Below, in pieces: positions 55,233 through 64,000 of a DNA stretch of 64,000 nt. The position numbers were made by a program, and so were the translations under genes. Under the pieces are notes generated by a model, which was given only the letters and a program-made list of their open reading frames with translations, did not search any database and had not been told where the DNA came from. The stretch's first letter is position 1; every line of letters begins with the position of its first letter. This DNA comes from Candidatus Omnitrophota bacterium (GTDB lineage: Bacteria > Omnitrophota > Gorgyraeia > B26-G9 > JBDRCZ01): assembly GCA_043821285.1 (NCBI GenBank), contig JBDRCZ010000017.1:15947-79946 (forward strand). Direction: 5' to 3'.

Positions 55233-55287
55233 TCTATCATTTAAAACATATAGTAGACAGCAAACTGTACACTGTAAACGGTAAACT

Positions 55288-55312
55288 AAAAATTGCCGAT
55301 GGCAATTTTTTT
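55288..55312 (-). terminator. terminator hairpin after G5
   Basis: Minus strand reads AAAAAAATTGCC-ATC-GGCAATTTTT then AGTTTACCGTTTAC. Confidence 0.55.
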
Positions 55313-58300
55313 AGATTGCCTGTTCCACGGCCAAAACCGTATTCAATCCTACTCCTTCAAGTAGCGGAAGTAAAGACATCAATTTCTGCATAGGCTTTTC
55401 ACCCTGCTGTCTGCAACCATCTGGAGTGTCTTTTCTTTCTCCATCTTCCATGAAACTCTGAGAAGCTAAATATCTCATTAGTTCTCCTGTTTGATTAGGA
55501 TTGGTTACTCTTACTATCGTAATATTTTCAACTTTAAGAACTAATCGATCATTACCTCCACTCCAAAATTCATCACCAATATATATGTCAGCTGCTGCAT
55601 CTATTACAGCCGCGGCTTTATCTTCTAAGTTTTCAGTATGTTCTTCTACAAAATCTCCCATTTTTTCATCATAGATGAATTTATGATACCCCGGTTCAGA
55701 GGATATGGTATAAAGAACAAGATTTTTTAATAAACCCTGCTTATCTTTCGGGATAGCAAATAATACCTGGCCTTTTACATTAAATATGTTTCCGCCAGTA
55801 ATTATTCTTAGCTTATATCCAACCTCAAGTAAGTTAAGGAATGCATCCAGATTATCTTCTCCGATTATTCCCCAGTAAGGAACAAGTGTGCCATCCATAT
55901 CTATTCCTATAACCTGAATTTCTTCTAACGGTACATGGCCATTTATAATATCATGGACATTTAATGGAGTATTTTGGGTTGTATCTACTGGGGATAGCGT
56001 GCCAAGTGTTTGTTTTGGGACAAAACTGTTTTCTTGCTCACGCTTTGCTATAAATTTACGGTGTGCAAGGACAATAAAGGTAGAAAGTGCAAGACCTTTA
56101 CCCTGCAATTCTTCTACTGTTTCACGGTTATCTTTAAGCTGCGGATCTAAATATGCCGCCAATAATTGCATAAGCAAAGGTTCATTAAGTAATAAATCTA
56201 CTCCCACGTTAACTTCTTGATAAAGTTTTTTTGCCTTTACATAGTCTGAAAAAAGTTCTCCTAATAACGAGGATTCATTGGTTAATTCCGCATACAAATT
56301 ATCGAATATTTCTTCTACAGATATTAATATATCATTGTACATTTCATCAGAAAGATGGCTTCTTAAAAATTCTTCTTGTTCTTGTACTTTCCACGGAGGT
56401 AGATATTTACTTCTCAAACCGTATTGATTTAAACATTGCTCTAACTTATAAAAGATTATTTGTTCAAGAACACTCTCATTATCAACTTTACTGATCAAAT
56501 TTTCTGGCAAGCGGTTTTTAATAAGATTTTTAAGCAGTGTACCAGTCGCCGATGTACTCAATCCGGTTCCATCAGCAAGTGAGTTTGGTGTCCATTCAAA
56601 AGGCAGCCATTCTGACACAACTATTCCGTGAAGATACTCTCTTCCAAAAGATATTCTTCCTCTTGTTCCTAAACCAAAAGTGTGAAGTTGAATGCCAAAT
56701 TGTTCGTTAAGCTTAGCATTTGTAACAGTGGAAGAGTCAGAATTTTTAAGAAGAGCAGCGAAATGTGCTTCAACCTCTGCTAATGAATCAAGCAAACACC
56801 TTGCTTTATGAAGAGTTACACCAGTTTCAACAATATCATCAATTATAAGAACGTTGCGGTGTTCTCTGAGATACTCGACGACCTTTGTATCATTTAGAAA
56901 TAACCGCAGGTCTTCAGGAGAATCTAAAGAGTATACATCTCTTTCAAAACCCAAACGCACCCTTTCAGCTTCTGTCAATAATGACCAAATTATTGTTGTT
57001 AAATTTAACTTTTGAGTAATAATCCAACTTTGGAATTCAGGTATTTCCTTATTAAATAAGTTATTCGCTTTTAACTGAGTAAGCAAAATTTCCAATGCTT
57101 TGGCAATTGGATCAGCTCCTTTTGAGGGAAAGATAACTAAATTTATATCGTGTTGGATTAAATATTTAACAATAGGAAGAAGTATAGGAGCAAATTGCAA
57201 AACTTGTATGTCTGTTCCTAAAGAATCTATGTCTCCAATTTCTTCACCTAATGCAGCTTCGACCGCCTGCCGAAGCTTTCCAGTATATCTGGAGCGATAA
57301 GGACTACGCAGATATCCTTCAATCGTTGGCAAGTTTTTTGCGATCTCCTTTTCAAGCTCTTCTTCAGCCCTCAAAAACATCTGATGCCCTGTTTCTGTCC
57401 TGAATAAAGTTTCACCCAGAAAATTGCCGTCATCTTTGCCTGATTTTTCATAAAGTCTATACTCTTCTTCAAGGCGCTCTTTATTAGTTTTAAATCTGGC
57501 TCGGATCTGTTCAGGTGTTATTTCTATTCCCGCAGCTTCTAAATCAGCAATAATCCCTTGATAAGTACACATAAATAATCTGTCTGCCTCACGCCATACT
57601 GTTATTAATCTATAAAAAGAAGAAGCATTAGCAAAAGGCCCTTCAAAATTAAACAAAAACTGTCCTTTTTCATATAAAGAAGTATCAACACCCATATTTC
57701 TAAGCTCTACTAAGGCCTGTTCAATAGAAGGATTATCATGAGCTTTTACCACACCACAGATTAAATTTACATTTACATCAGTTGCACTTAAAATACCGGT
57801 TGAAATTAATTGTTGGATTAATTCCCTAATCATTTCGGGGGCTTTTTTCATATGCGCAAGCCTAAACGCGATTGTGTTCTGCGCTAATTCTTTTGCCTTT
57901 AACGAATTTCTCTGTTCAATTTTCTTGCGTATTTGAATAATTCTTGCCCGTGAGCCTTCTAACTTGGCGTACCCAATATCATGTAATAAGGCTAATATTG
58001 CTGCGTTTTTAAATTCTTCATAGGTAAAATCTTCTCCTAATCCAATCTGCACCGCGTTCTCTAAGACTTGAGTATGATGATTTACAGGGTTGCCATTTGC
58101 TCCAGCTTTAAAATGAGGTAAGGCGCTCCAAAAAAGTGTGAAGAGAATATTTTGAATTTCTTGTTTTTGCTGGTCTGTAAATGTGCGGTCTTTTTCAATG
58201 CGGCTTAGTGCATTTTCCAAATTCTGAACTGCTAAACTTTTCTTACACTGAACAAGATAGTAGCCATTCTTTTCTTCAATTACTGCTTCTAATCCATTGT

Positions 58301-59036
58301 CTGTAAGAAATTGTTCAAATTCTGCTTTATTAGAAAAACTAAATCGACCACGTCCAGCGTTTATTGGTTCGGCAATCAATATTTCACCTTCTGAACTAAC
58401 TGCCCGAATATACTCCTTTAATAACTGATCACGTTCTTCACGATTACTAAACATGGTAAAGAACCGAATGCTGACCACTTTAGAAAAACTTCCGTCTTTA
58501 AACCGCATGTCCAAGGCACTGGCTTTTACCAAATCAACATTTTTGCTATCTTGCTTTCTATTTTGAGCAATGTTAAGTAAAATTTCATTGGTATCTAACC
58601 CTGTTATATGTTTGCAAAATTGAGAAATATAAAAAGTGAAATGTCCGGAACCACAACCTATTTCTAAAACTTCATCATCATTATCAATATTAGCTTCAAG
58701 CCAGTCTTTAGGGAAGTCTACAAGATAAGATGCAAGCGTACGATCATAAAAATAGGAAAAATATATCTTTTTGAGCCAATCAACGAGTCTTTCAGTCCAA
58801 GACCTGTGAGGAGAAATATCTCGTGTATCGTTAGGCAGCTTTAGCTGAGTTATATTTATTGTTTCTGCAACGTGTTCTTTAAGAATAGAATTATTTATTT
58901 GCAAAGGCGGAGCAAGGTGGGTGGACAAATTTTTTAAATTACCATTAGCAGCCCAGGAAATATCTAAGCATAAAAAGGCGTTAATTAATATAATCGCTGT
59001 TAGTTTGAATAATATATTTTTTTTAATGTTCAACAT
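55311..59036 (-). CDS. giant-family protein G5 (1241 aa): methyltransferase-HD-PRTase-HAD fusion
   Basis: N-terminus MLNIKKNILFKLTAIILINAFLCLDISWAANGNLKNLSTHLAPPL; C-terminus ...NTVLAVEQAI. GGAGA lies 8 nt upstream of the ATG. Confidence 0.85.
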   Translation of the reverse strand: MLNIKKNILFKLTAIILINAFLCLDISWAANGNLKNLSTHLAPPLQINNSILKEHVAETINITQLKLPNDTRDISPHRSWTERLVDWLKKIYFSYFYDRTLASYLVDFPKDWLEANIDNDDEVLEIGCGSGHFTFYISQFCKHITGLDTNEILLNIAQNRKQDSKNVDLVKASALDMRFKDGSFSKVVSIRFFTMFSNREERDQLLKEYIRAVSSEGEILIAEPINAGRGRFSFSNKAEFEQFLTDNGLEAVIEEKNGYYLVQCKKSLAVQNLENALSRIEKDRTFTDQQKQEIQNILFTLFWSALPHFKAGANGNPVNHHTQVLENAVQIGLGEDFTYEEFKNAAILALLHDIGYAKLEGSRARIIQIRKKIEQRNSLKAKELAQNTIAFRLAHMKKAPEMIRELIQQLISTGILSATDVNVNLICGVVKAHDNPSIEQALVELRNMGVDTSLYEKGQFLFNFEGPFANASSFYRLITVWREADRLFMCTYQGIIADLEAAGIEITPEQIRARFKTNKERLEEEYRLYEKSGKDDGNFLGETLFRTETGHQMFLRAEEELEKEIAKNLPTIEGYLRSPYRSRYTGKLRQAVEAALGEEIGDIDSLGTDIQVLQFAPILLPIVKYLIQHDINLVIFPSKGADPIAKALEILLTQLKANNLFNKEIPEFQSWIITQKLNLTTIIWSLLTEAERVRLGFERDVYSLDSPEDLRLFLNDTKVVEYLREHRNVLIIDDIVETGVTLHKARCLLDSLAEVEAHFAALLKNSDSSTVTNAKLNEQFGIQLHTFGLGTRGRISFGREYLHGIVVSEWLPFEWTPNSLADGTGLSTSATGTLLKNLIKNRLPENLISKVDNESVLEQIIFYKLEQCLNQYGLRSKYLPPWKVQEQEEFLRSHLSDEMYNDILISVEEIFDNLYAELTNESSLLGELFSDYVKAKKLYQEVNVGVDLLLNEPLLMQLLAAYLDPQLKDNRETVEELQGKGLALSTFIVLAHRKFIAKREQENSFVPKQTLGTLSPVDTTQNTPLNVHDIINGHVPLEEIQVIGIDMDGTLVPYWGIIGEDNLDAFLNLLEVGYKLRIITGGNIFNVKGQVLFAIPKDKQGLLKNLVLYTISSEPGYHKFIYDEKMGDFVEEHTENLEDKAAAVIDAAADIYIGDEFWSGGNDRLVLKVENITIVRVTNPNQTGELMRYLASQSFMEDGERKDTPDGCRQQGEKPMQKLMSLLPLLEGVGLNTVLAVEQAI
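55482..55919 (-). other. G5 HAD-superfamily phosphatase-like segment
   Basis: Motif I VIGIDMDGTL and motif IV-like IYIGDEFWSGGND. Confidence 0.6.
56637..57239 (-). other. G5 phosphoribosyltransferase-like segment
   Basis: PRPP-binding-type motif NVLIIDDIVETGVTL preceded by LVIFPSKGADPIA. Confidence 0.65.
57717..58094 (-). other. G5 HD-domain segment
   Basis: HHTQVLENAVQIG...AAILALLHDIGY. Confidence 0.6.
58242..58754 (-). other. G5 class I SAM-dependent methyltransferase segment
   Basis: VLEIGCGSGHFTFYIS (motif I), ITGLDTN, ALDMRFKDGSFSKVVS. Confidence 0.75.
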
Positions 59037-59560
59037 AATAAATATCTCCAGTTATTTAATTTTAAATGTCCCGCCTATCAAACCGGCGACAGGCAAATGA
59101 ATCATTAAATAATTCAATCTTTAAAATTTATTTATGTAATTTGTGTGATTTGTTGTTAATAAAATAAGTACTTGAAATCTTTCTTTGTGTGCTCCGTGTC
59201 TCTGTGTGACAAATCTAATATTTTTGTTTCGCTTGTCCGCCGTGCTCTGTTTGGCGGGTCATTCTGGTTTCGTTATTCGTTATTAAATTATCCTGTCTAT
59301 CATCCACAATGATTGGCGGATCTTCAATTTTTTATATTTTCTCTGTGAACTTTGCGAGCTCTGTGGTGATAAATTTTTTATTTTTTTTTACCGCGATACT
59401 CAATACTCATTGCTTTTTATAGTGTGCGCTCTGTGATGATAATTTTTGTTTTGTTTTTTTAGCCACAATGCTCAATACACAATACCCGATACTTAATCAT
59501 ATTACTTTTCATAATGCCTTGTTATAAATAAATTTATAACATCTTTTAAATAGTTTTATA

Positions 59561-59589
59561 AGTATACCATATAATTACGCAATTTTCAA
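59561..59589 (-). promoter_or_regulatory. sigma70-like promoter for G5(-G4-G3)
   Basis: Minus strand reads TTGAAA, 17-nt spacer, TGG-TATACT. About 520 nt upstream of the G5 ATG. The flanks match the G2 promoter region. Confidence 0.6.
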
Positions 59590-59935
59590 GGGTTTGGGGA
59601 AATTTTTTTTGATTTTGTGATTTCTATGCTTATTGTTTTAACTATTTGGTATTAAAAAAGATATGGCATAGAAAATTAACAACAGCATTATTTAGGCAAG
59701 AATTGATTATATTTTTATTAAAGAAATAAATTGTAAGAGAAAATAATTATTACGATTAGATTTTATTGATTCTAAAATTTTAAATAAATTTTAACTTTAT
59801 TTTTCACCACAGAAAACACTGAGCCCACAAAGAAAAACTTGATACAAATCATACAAATATTTACATGCATAGCCTTCTTCCGTATAATCTGATTCTGCCT
59901 GCCTCCGGTAGGACGGTAAACAGTAAACGGTTAAC

Positions 59936-59960
59936 AAAAAGTTGCCATAGGCAACTTTTT
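59936..59960 (-). terminator. terminator hairpin after G6
   Basis: Minus strand reads AAAAAGTTGCC-TAT-GGCAACTTTTT then GTTAACCGTTTACTGTTTACC. Confidence 0.55.
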
Positions 59961-62900
59961 AAATTGCCTGTTCTATAGCATACACCATATCTAATTCAAA
60001 CAAGTTAATCTCTGGCGCATCATCCGGTTGAGATACAATCATTAGAGCAGTGCTTGGTTTTATAGGAGGATTATTTTGATCTAACTCATCTGGGTCATTG
60101 CGGAAAGACCCATATTCATCTTCGCTCCAGGGATAACAATATATTGAAGTTCCCCCATCCTTTTTTTTCTCAAGAAGACCGTATTCTGATAATCGATTAA
60201 GAACTGTCCTTACCCTGTCTGTGCCCATATATCTATAATTGCGGAATTCATCTCTCAATACCTCAGCAACCTCTGATGCTTTAAACTCCCTACCGTTAGC
60301 AAAATTCGCCCAGACTGTACGAAGTATAACTTTTTCATTACCGGGCTGATTGTTCTCCTGTAGTGTAATATTGTCCCAGTAAGATAAATATGATTGGTCA
60401 AATTCCTCTTTTGACAAATCCCGCAATTCCCGTTTATGTTCTTGGTCAATTGCTGCCATCTCACGATATACAATGCATTTGTTTAAGTGTGCGAGTGACA
60501 GCAATAACGGCACATTTTTTATCTGCCCCTTGTTTATTCTTTGCGTTTCTGATATTCTTAAAATCTGTTTATAATATTCTATTGTTTTGTCATAACACGA
60601 TAGTGCTTTTATATATTCTTCTTTATCATTTTGCTCAAAACCATTTTCCGCATATTCAGCGCCTTCTTCAGCATACCATGCAGCTGCTTCTGTAAAAATA
60701 TCTACTGCACCAGCAAAATATTTTTCCTTAATATATTTACTAGCTAACGCTTTATAAACATTAGCGGACATTGGCATACTGCTATCTGGATAAAATTGTT
60801 TTCCTGTTGACTGGTTACTAGTTCTCGTGTGTGATGGTATTATCATTCTTGCAGGTGTGCTACTTTGGGGAGAAACTCCATTATATGTTGTATCAAAACC
60901 CCTAGTATATGCGAATTGCCATTTTTGTGGTATGATATTTCGTAATACCTCCGCGATAAAGGCAGGTGGGGTTAAAATCCAATTTGCTACCTTGATTAAG
61001 GCTTCAGAATATCTTTTACCTTCTAATTTATCCTCCATCCATTTTAGTACTGTAGCGCGCTGCCAGAAGCCAAGATATTCTCCAAAGAAATAGAAAAATA
61101 CTACTGCTGCCCATCCTCCCACACCCGCCAGGTCAAAAGGTATAATTAAACGGCCCGCACCTCTATTTCTGAGTCTATCTTGTATAACAAAATGCGGCAG
61201 TGGGACATTAAACCTTAATATCTGCCTTTCTCTACTTAATATTAAATCAGCATTGCCTAAATTTGCTTTACCGATAACTTCATCTATAATACTCCTCACA
61301 ATCACTTTTTCTCGATTATTACACCCGCGGTAAATCGCTCTAAAATATTCTCTTAGTAGAGAACGGATCATTATAAGCTGAACATTGTCTTGTCTTATGT
61401 ATACTTCAGCAGCTGAACGTACTGCTATTTCAAGTGCTTCTTGTTTGTGCGCTGGCAATATTCTGTATGTCTGATTAGCCACTGTGCCCCTATCTTGTGT
61501 GACATAAGGGGCTATCACTTTAAAAAGTACATGCCGTGCATCTGCTTGAGAAAGATATACTAATCCTTTTAATGTGTCATCCATGACCGCTTTAGTTAAC
61601 GGGTGTTGTCCTGGATTTTGAATAGAACTGTAAATTCTAGCGATAATTTCTATATTAATTCTCTCTATAGGTGTAGAATCTATTTTAAATTCATAGCTTC
61701 CTACATCGTCTTTTCTAACGGTCTGCACAATTTCATTTACTTTTTGAATAATCTCTTGTCTTTCATCTTTTAAAAGGCCTATATCTTCTCTTGATAAAAA
61801 GCTTGCTAAAAACTCCAGTTCTAATGCTTGCTGAAGAGCATTTTCTGGAGAAAAATTATTAATCCCTTGTTTAAGAGCATCCATCATGGAAACTTCTAAG
61901 TTTATACCAGGGCGATAAGTGTGTAAAAAAAACCTTTTGATATTGATAAATTCTGGCAAAAGAATAACCTCTTTAGTGTCTAAATTTATAGTCTCATTTA
62001 TAGTTTCTTCTAATATAGAGCTAAACGGGCGAAGAAGTACTAATCTTTCATAAAGAGTCTCATCTGAATGAAAAAATGTTAAATAGATCACAAGTCTTAA
62101 ATAATAATCCGCCAGAAAAACACCATCTACAGTAAACTCTATGTTACCATCTTTATCTCTACGGCTTACAGTTAAACATTTGTACAAAAAATTATCTATC
62201 TCTGTAAGCATCCGATATAAGATTTCCATCGCGGTTTCTGTATTCTGTTCTAAGGCAAGCTCAAGAACATTAGTGACATTTGAGAAATCTTGCAAAACAA
62301 CATATTCTTTAAGAACACCCCATAGACTATCAAACAACTCATGGTCTTCACGATGATAAGCAAATGCAGCCAGGCCAACAAATGACGCTAAGTTTGCTTT
62401 TAAATTTAAACCGGTATTTATCAAATAGCTTATTTCCTTTTCTATATAAATGAGTATAATTTTAGAAACATCACCTCCGGCAATAAAGGTATAAACAATC
62501 ACTGCAAAAAGGGCGTCGTGTAATTCCTCATCTTCCGGAGATATATTTAATCGTTGAAGTATTTCAGCCAACACTGCTATTACCATATCAATTTCTTCGA
62601 TATTATCTTGTATATGCACGCGCATTTTATTAATAAAAAATACCAAAACATGGCGAAGTTCATTTTTTAGATGACTGTCCAATTTTTCCCAGTCTCCTTC
62701 TTCCGTTTCTGTTAAACTTTGTATTTCAGCTTGGACACGGTCTAATTCTTCATTCAACGAGTTTATTCTTTCTGTATTTGAAGGGGCCGGACTTCTCTGT
62801 CTCTGTCTTTGTCTCTGCCGCCTTGAGCTTCTTGGTTCTGACCTACGCTGTAAGTTTTGTATTTCCCGGGTAATCTCTTGCTCTCGCCCTTTCAGCGCCG

Positions 62901-64000
62901 TTAGTTCTTTTCTGCTGGCAATAATATGCTCTAATAAATTGCTTATATCTGTTTGTAATCGGTCATCTGCTGGTCTAACGACCGATGGTTGCTTATCTTC
63001 AGCAGTTGGTTGTTCTGTAGGAATTAATGCTATTGATACTTTTATCGGGTCATCAAACGGCCAATCAATACTTTGGCTTAGCATTCTCTGAAACTCCACA
63101 AATAATTCTTTACTGTTTTTTTGCCCATTAACCTGCTCTGCAAAAATTTCAAACATATCTTCTCTGGTAAGACTACCTTCAATTAACGGTCTAATATCGG
63201 CTGTAGATTCTACAAGAATCATACTAACCGAGCGCAGTGAATTTTCGATTGTATCAGCCTTAATAACCCTATCTTCTTTATCTTGCAAATATTCTCTGAT
63301 TAAATATTGCAGTGCTTCTCGGTTAACACTAAGGGTTGAGCTGGCAAAATACATTACTATCTCTAAATAGTACATCCGCATCTCTTGCTTTCTTGCCCCG
63401 GCAATTTTTTTGATAATTTCTTCAAAATAATCTTTATCCTCCTCAAGTTTATCTTGCCAGAGATTTGCTAACTGGTAAAGAGCCGTCCTTCTTGTATTTT
63501 CATCTCTACTTTCTCTTAGTTTTCTGATAAGCTGTGCTTCGCGCTGTGTAGCAAGATTTTGATAGATTTCATCTATTTCAAACAATATCTCCAATTTTTC
63601 TCTTAATTTTATTCTTTCATTACCCAAACGGCCATCATCCGTGCCTTGGAGAACTAAATTCCCTAATATCTCAATGGCACATCTCTTGCGCATCTTATTA
63701 AGCGGTGTGAAGTTATTAAAGGATGCTTCTATTAATACTAAACCCATTCTTTCTAAAGAAGCGCCTTGAGCAAAAAGGGTTCTAAAATATAGACCGATAT
63801 TATAGTGGTCCGGCGGCAGTTCTGTAAACATCTCTATTTCAGAACGGTCAACAATCTCTTGAAACAATATTTCGATTAAGATAGTTAGCAATCTGTAACG
63901 TCTATTTTCAACCCCAGTAAGATAGAGTACTAAACTATTAGTAAACTCCGCTAGACCAATTATTACTTCTTCTGGTAATTCGGCTGTTTTCAGTTCGGGT
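59959..64000 (-). CDS. giant-family protein G6 (>=1346 aa, N-terminus off window)
   Basis: The reading frame stays open from 63891 to the window edge (...PELKTAELPEEVIIGLAEFTNSLVLYLTGVENRRYR-LLTILIE...). C-terminus ...DMVYAIEQAI. The middle is paralogous to G3. A TM stretch and a winged-helix-like segment lie near the C-terminus. Confidence 0.8.
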   Translation of the reverse strand, partial: PELKTAELPEEVIIGLAEFTNSLVLYLTGVENRRYRLLTILIEILFQEIVDRSEIEMFTELPPDHYNIGLYFRTLFAQGASLERMGLVLIEASFNNFTPLNKMRKRCAIEILGNLVLQGTDDGRLGNERIKLREKLEILFEIDEIYQNLATQREAQLIRKLRESRDENTRRTALYQLANLWQDKLEEDKDYFEEIIKKIAGARKQEMRMYYLEIVMYFASSTLSVNREALQYLIREYLQDKEDRVIKADTIENSLRSVSMILVESTADIRPLIEGSLTREDMFEIFAEQVNGQKNSKELFVEFQRMLSQSIDWPFDDPIKVSIALIPTEQPTAEDKQPSVVRPADDRLQTDISNLLEHIIASRKELTALKGREQEITREIQNLQRRSEPRSSRRQRQRQRQRSPAPSNTERINSLNEELDRVQAEIQSLTETEEGDWEKLDSHLKNELRHVLVFFINKMRVHIQDNIEEIDMVIAVLAEILQRLNISPEDEELHDALFAVIVYTFIAGGDVSKIILIYIEKEISYLINTGLNLKANLASFVGLAAFAYHREDHELFDSLWGVLKEYVVLQDFSNVTNVLELALEQNTETAMEILYRMLTEIDNFLYKCLTVSRRDKDGNIEFTVDGVFLADYYLRLVIYLTFFHSDETLYERLVLLRPFSSILEETINETINLDTKEVILLPEFINIKRFFLHTYRPGINLEVSMMDALKQGINNFSPENALQQALELEFLASFLSREDIGLLKDERQEIIQKVNEIVQTVRKDDVGSYEFKIDSTPIERINIEIIARIYSSIQNPGQHPLTKAVMDDTLKGLVYLSQADARHVLFKVIAPYVTQDRGTVANQTYRILPAHKQEALEIAVRSAAEVYIRQDNVQLIMIRSLLREYFRAIYRGCNNREKVIVRSIIDEVIGKANLGNADLILSRERQILRFNVPLPHFVIQDRLRNRGAGRLIIPFDLAGVGGWAAVVFFYFFGEYLGFWQRATVLKWMEDKLEGKRYSEALIKVANWILTPPAFIAEVLRNIIPQKWQFAYTRGFDTTYNGVSPQSSTPARMIIPSHTRTSNQSTGKQFYPDSSMPMSANVYKALASKYIKEKYFAGAVDIFTEAAAWYAEEGAEYAENGFEQNDKEEYIKALSCYDKTIEYYKQILRISETQRINKGQIKNVPLLLSLAHLNKCIVYREMAAIDQEHKRELRDLSKEEFDQSYLSYWDNITLQENNQPGNEKVILRTVWANFANGREFKASEVAEVLRDEFRNYRYMGTDRVRTVLNRLSEYGLLEKKKDGGTSIYCYPWSEDEYGSFRNDPDELDQNNPPIKPSTALMIVSQPDDAPEINLFELDMVYAIEQAI

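Noticed and set aside
1-64000. Dozens of 60-150 aa ORFs in the track that lie antisense to, or nested in, long well-supported genes (e.g. 591-881, 2073-2345, 6488-6769, 34315-34578, 44371-44700, 50795-51253, 60390-60695).
   Set aside because: They have no recognisable motifs, and their low-complexity or skewed composition is typical of the reverse frames of AT-rich genes. Every one overlaps a much longer ORF with clear homology or family features.

Overview
AT-rich (by eye about one-third G+C, not computed) bacterial chromosomal window in two parts.

(1) Bases 1-29,500 are mostly ordinary genes. On the plus strand: the thiC 3' part, tRNA-Gly(CCC), a thyA-like gene, guaA, dnaE, an HU/IHF-like gene, hisS, a dGTPase-like gene, aroB, yjbQ and a GNAT gene. 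There are also pilus and c-di-GMP genes (a PilZ-PilT fusion; a PilZ gene followed by a GAF-HD-GYP gene) and envelope genes (SPOR, SH3b, an M50 protease, a GT39-like gene). A short minus-strand block follows: MscS, an IS200/RAYT-like Y1 transposase, an ACT protein and an H-NOX-like protein. The spacers here carry a dispersed family of hairpin-forming word arrays: CCAC[AG][AG]A with 9-11 nt phasing, and TATTGMG heptads.

(2) Bases 29,833-64,000 hold six tandem minus-strand giant ORFs, G1-G6 (995, 2146, 2363, 1891, 1241 and >=1346 aa; G6 runs off the window).
- All five visible N-termini share a ~45-aa module: basic residues, a hydrophobic LINAFLCLDISWAA stretch, then NLKxLxTHLxPPL.
- All six C-termini end in [AIV]-E-[QR]-A-I.
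- The bodies differ. G4 carries two tandem transketolase units with complementary motif loss. G5 carries a methyltransferase-HD-PRTase-HAD chain. G2 carries two GGDEF-like segments. G3 and G6 share a ~500-aa block.
- The spacers are modular. Two long spacers each contain a near-identical sigma70-type promoter followed by a ~470-520 nt leader with conserved blocks, and most genes are followed by a conserved 3' module.
- An IS4/IS701-like element with 23-bp inverted repeats and a 6-bp target duplication sits between G5 and G4.

I regard the giant-gene family with its two-ended tag as the candidate undescribed system. Its function is unknown from sequence alone. The lineage guess (a PVC/Omnitrophota-like uncultured bacterium) is inference only.
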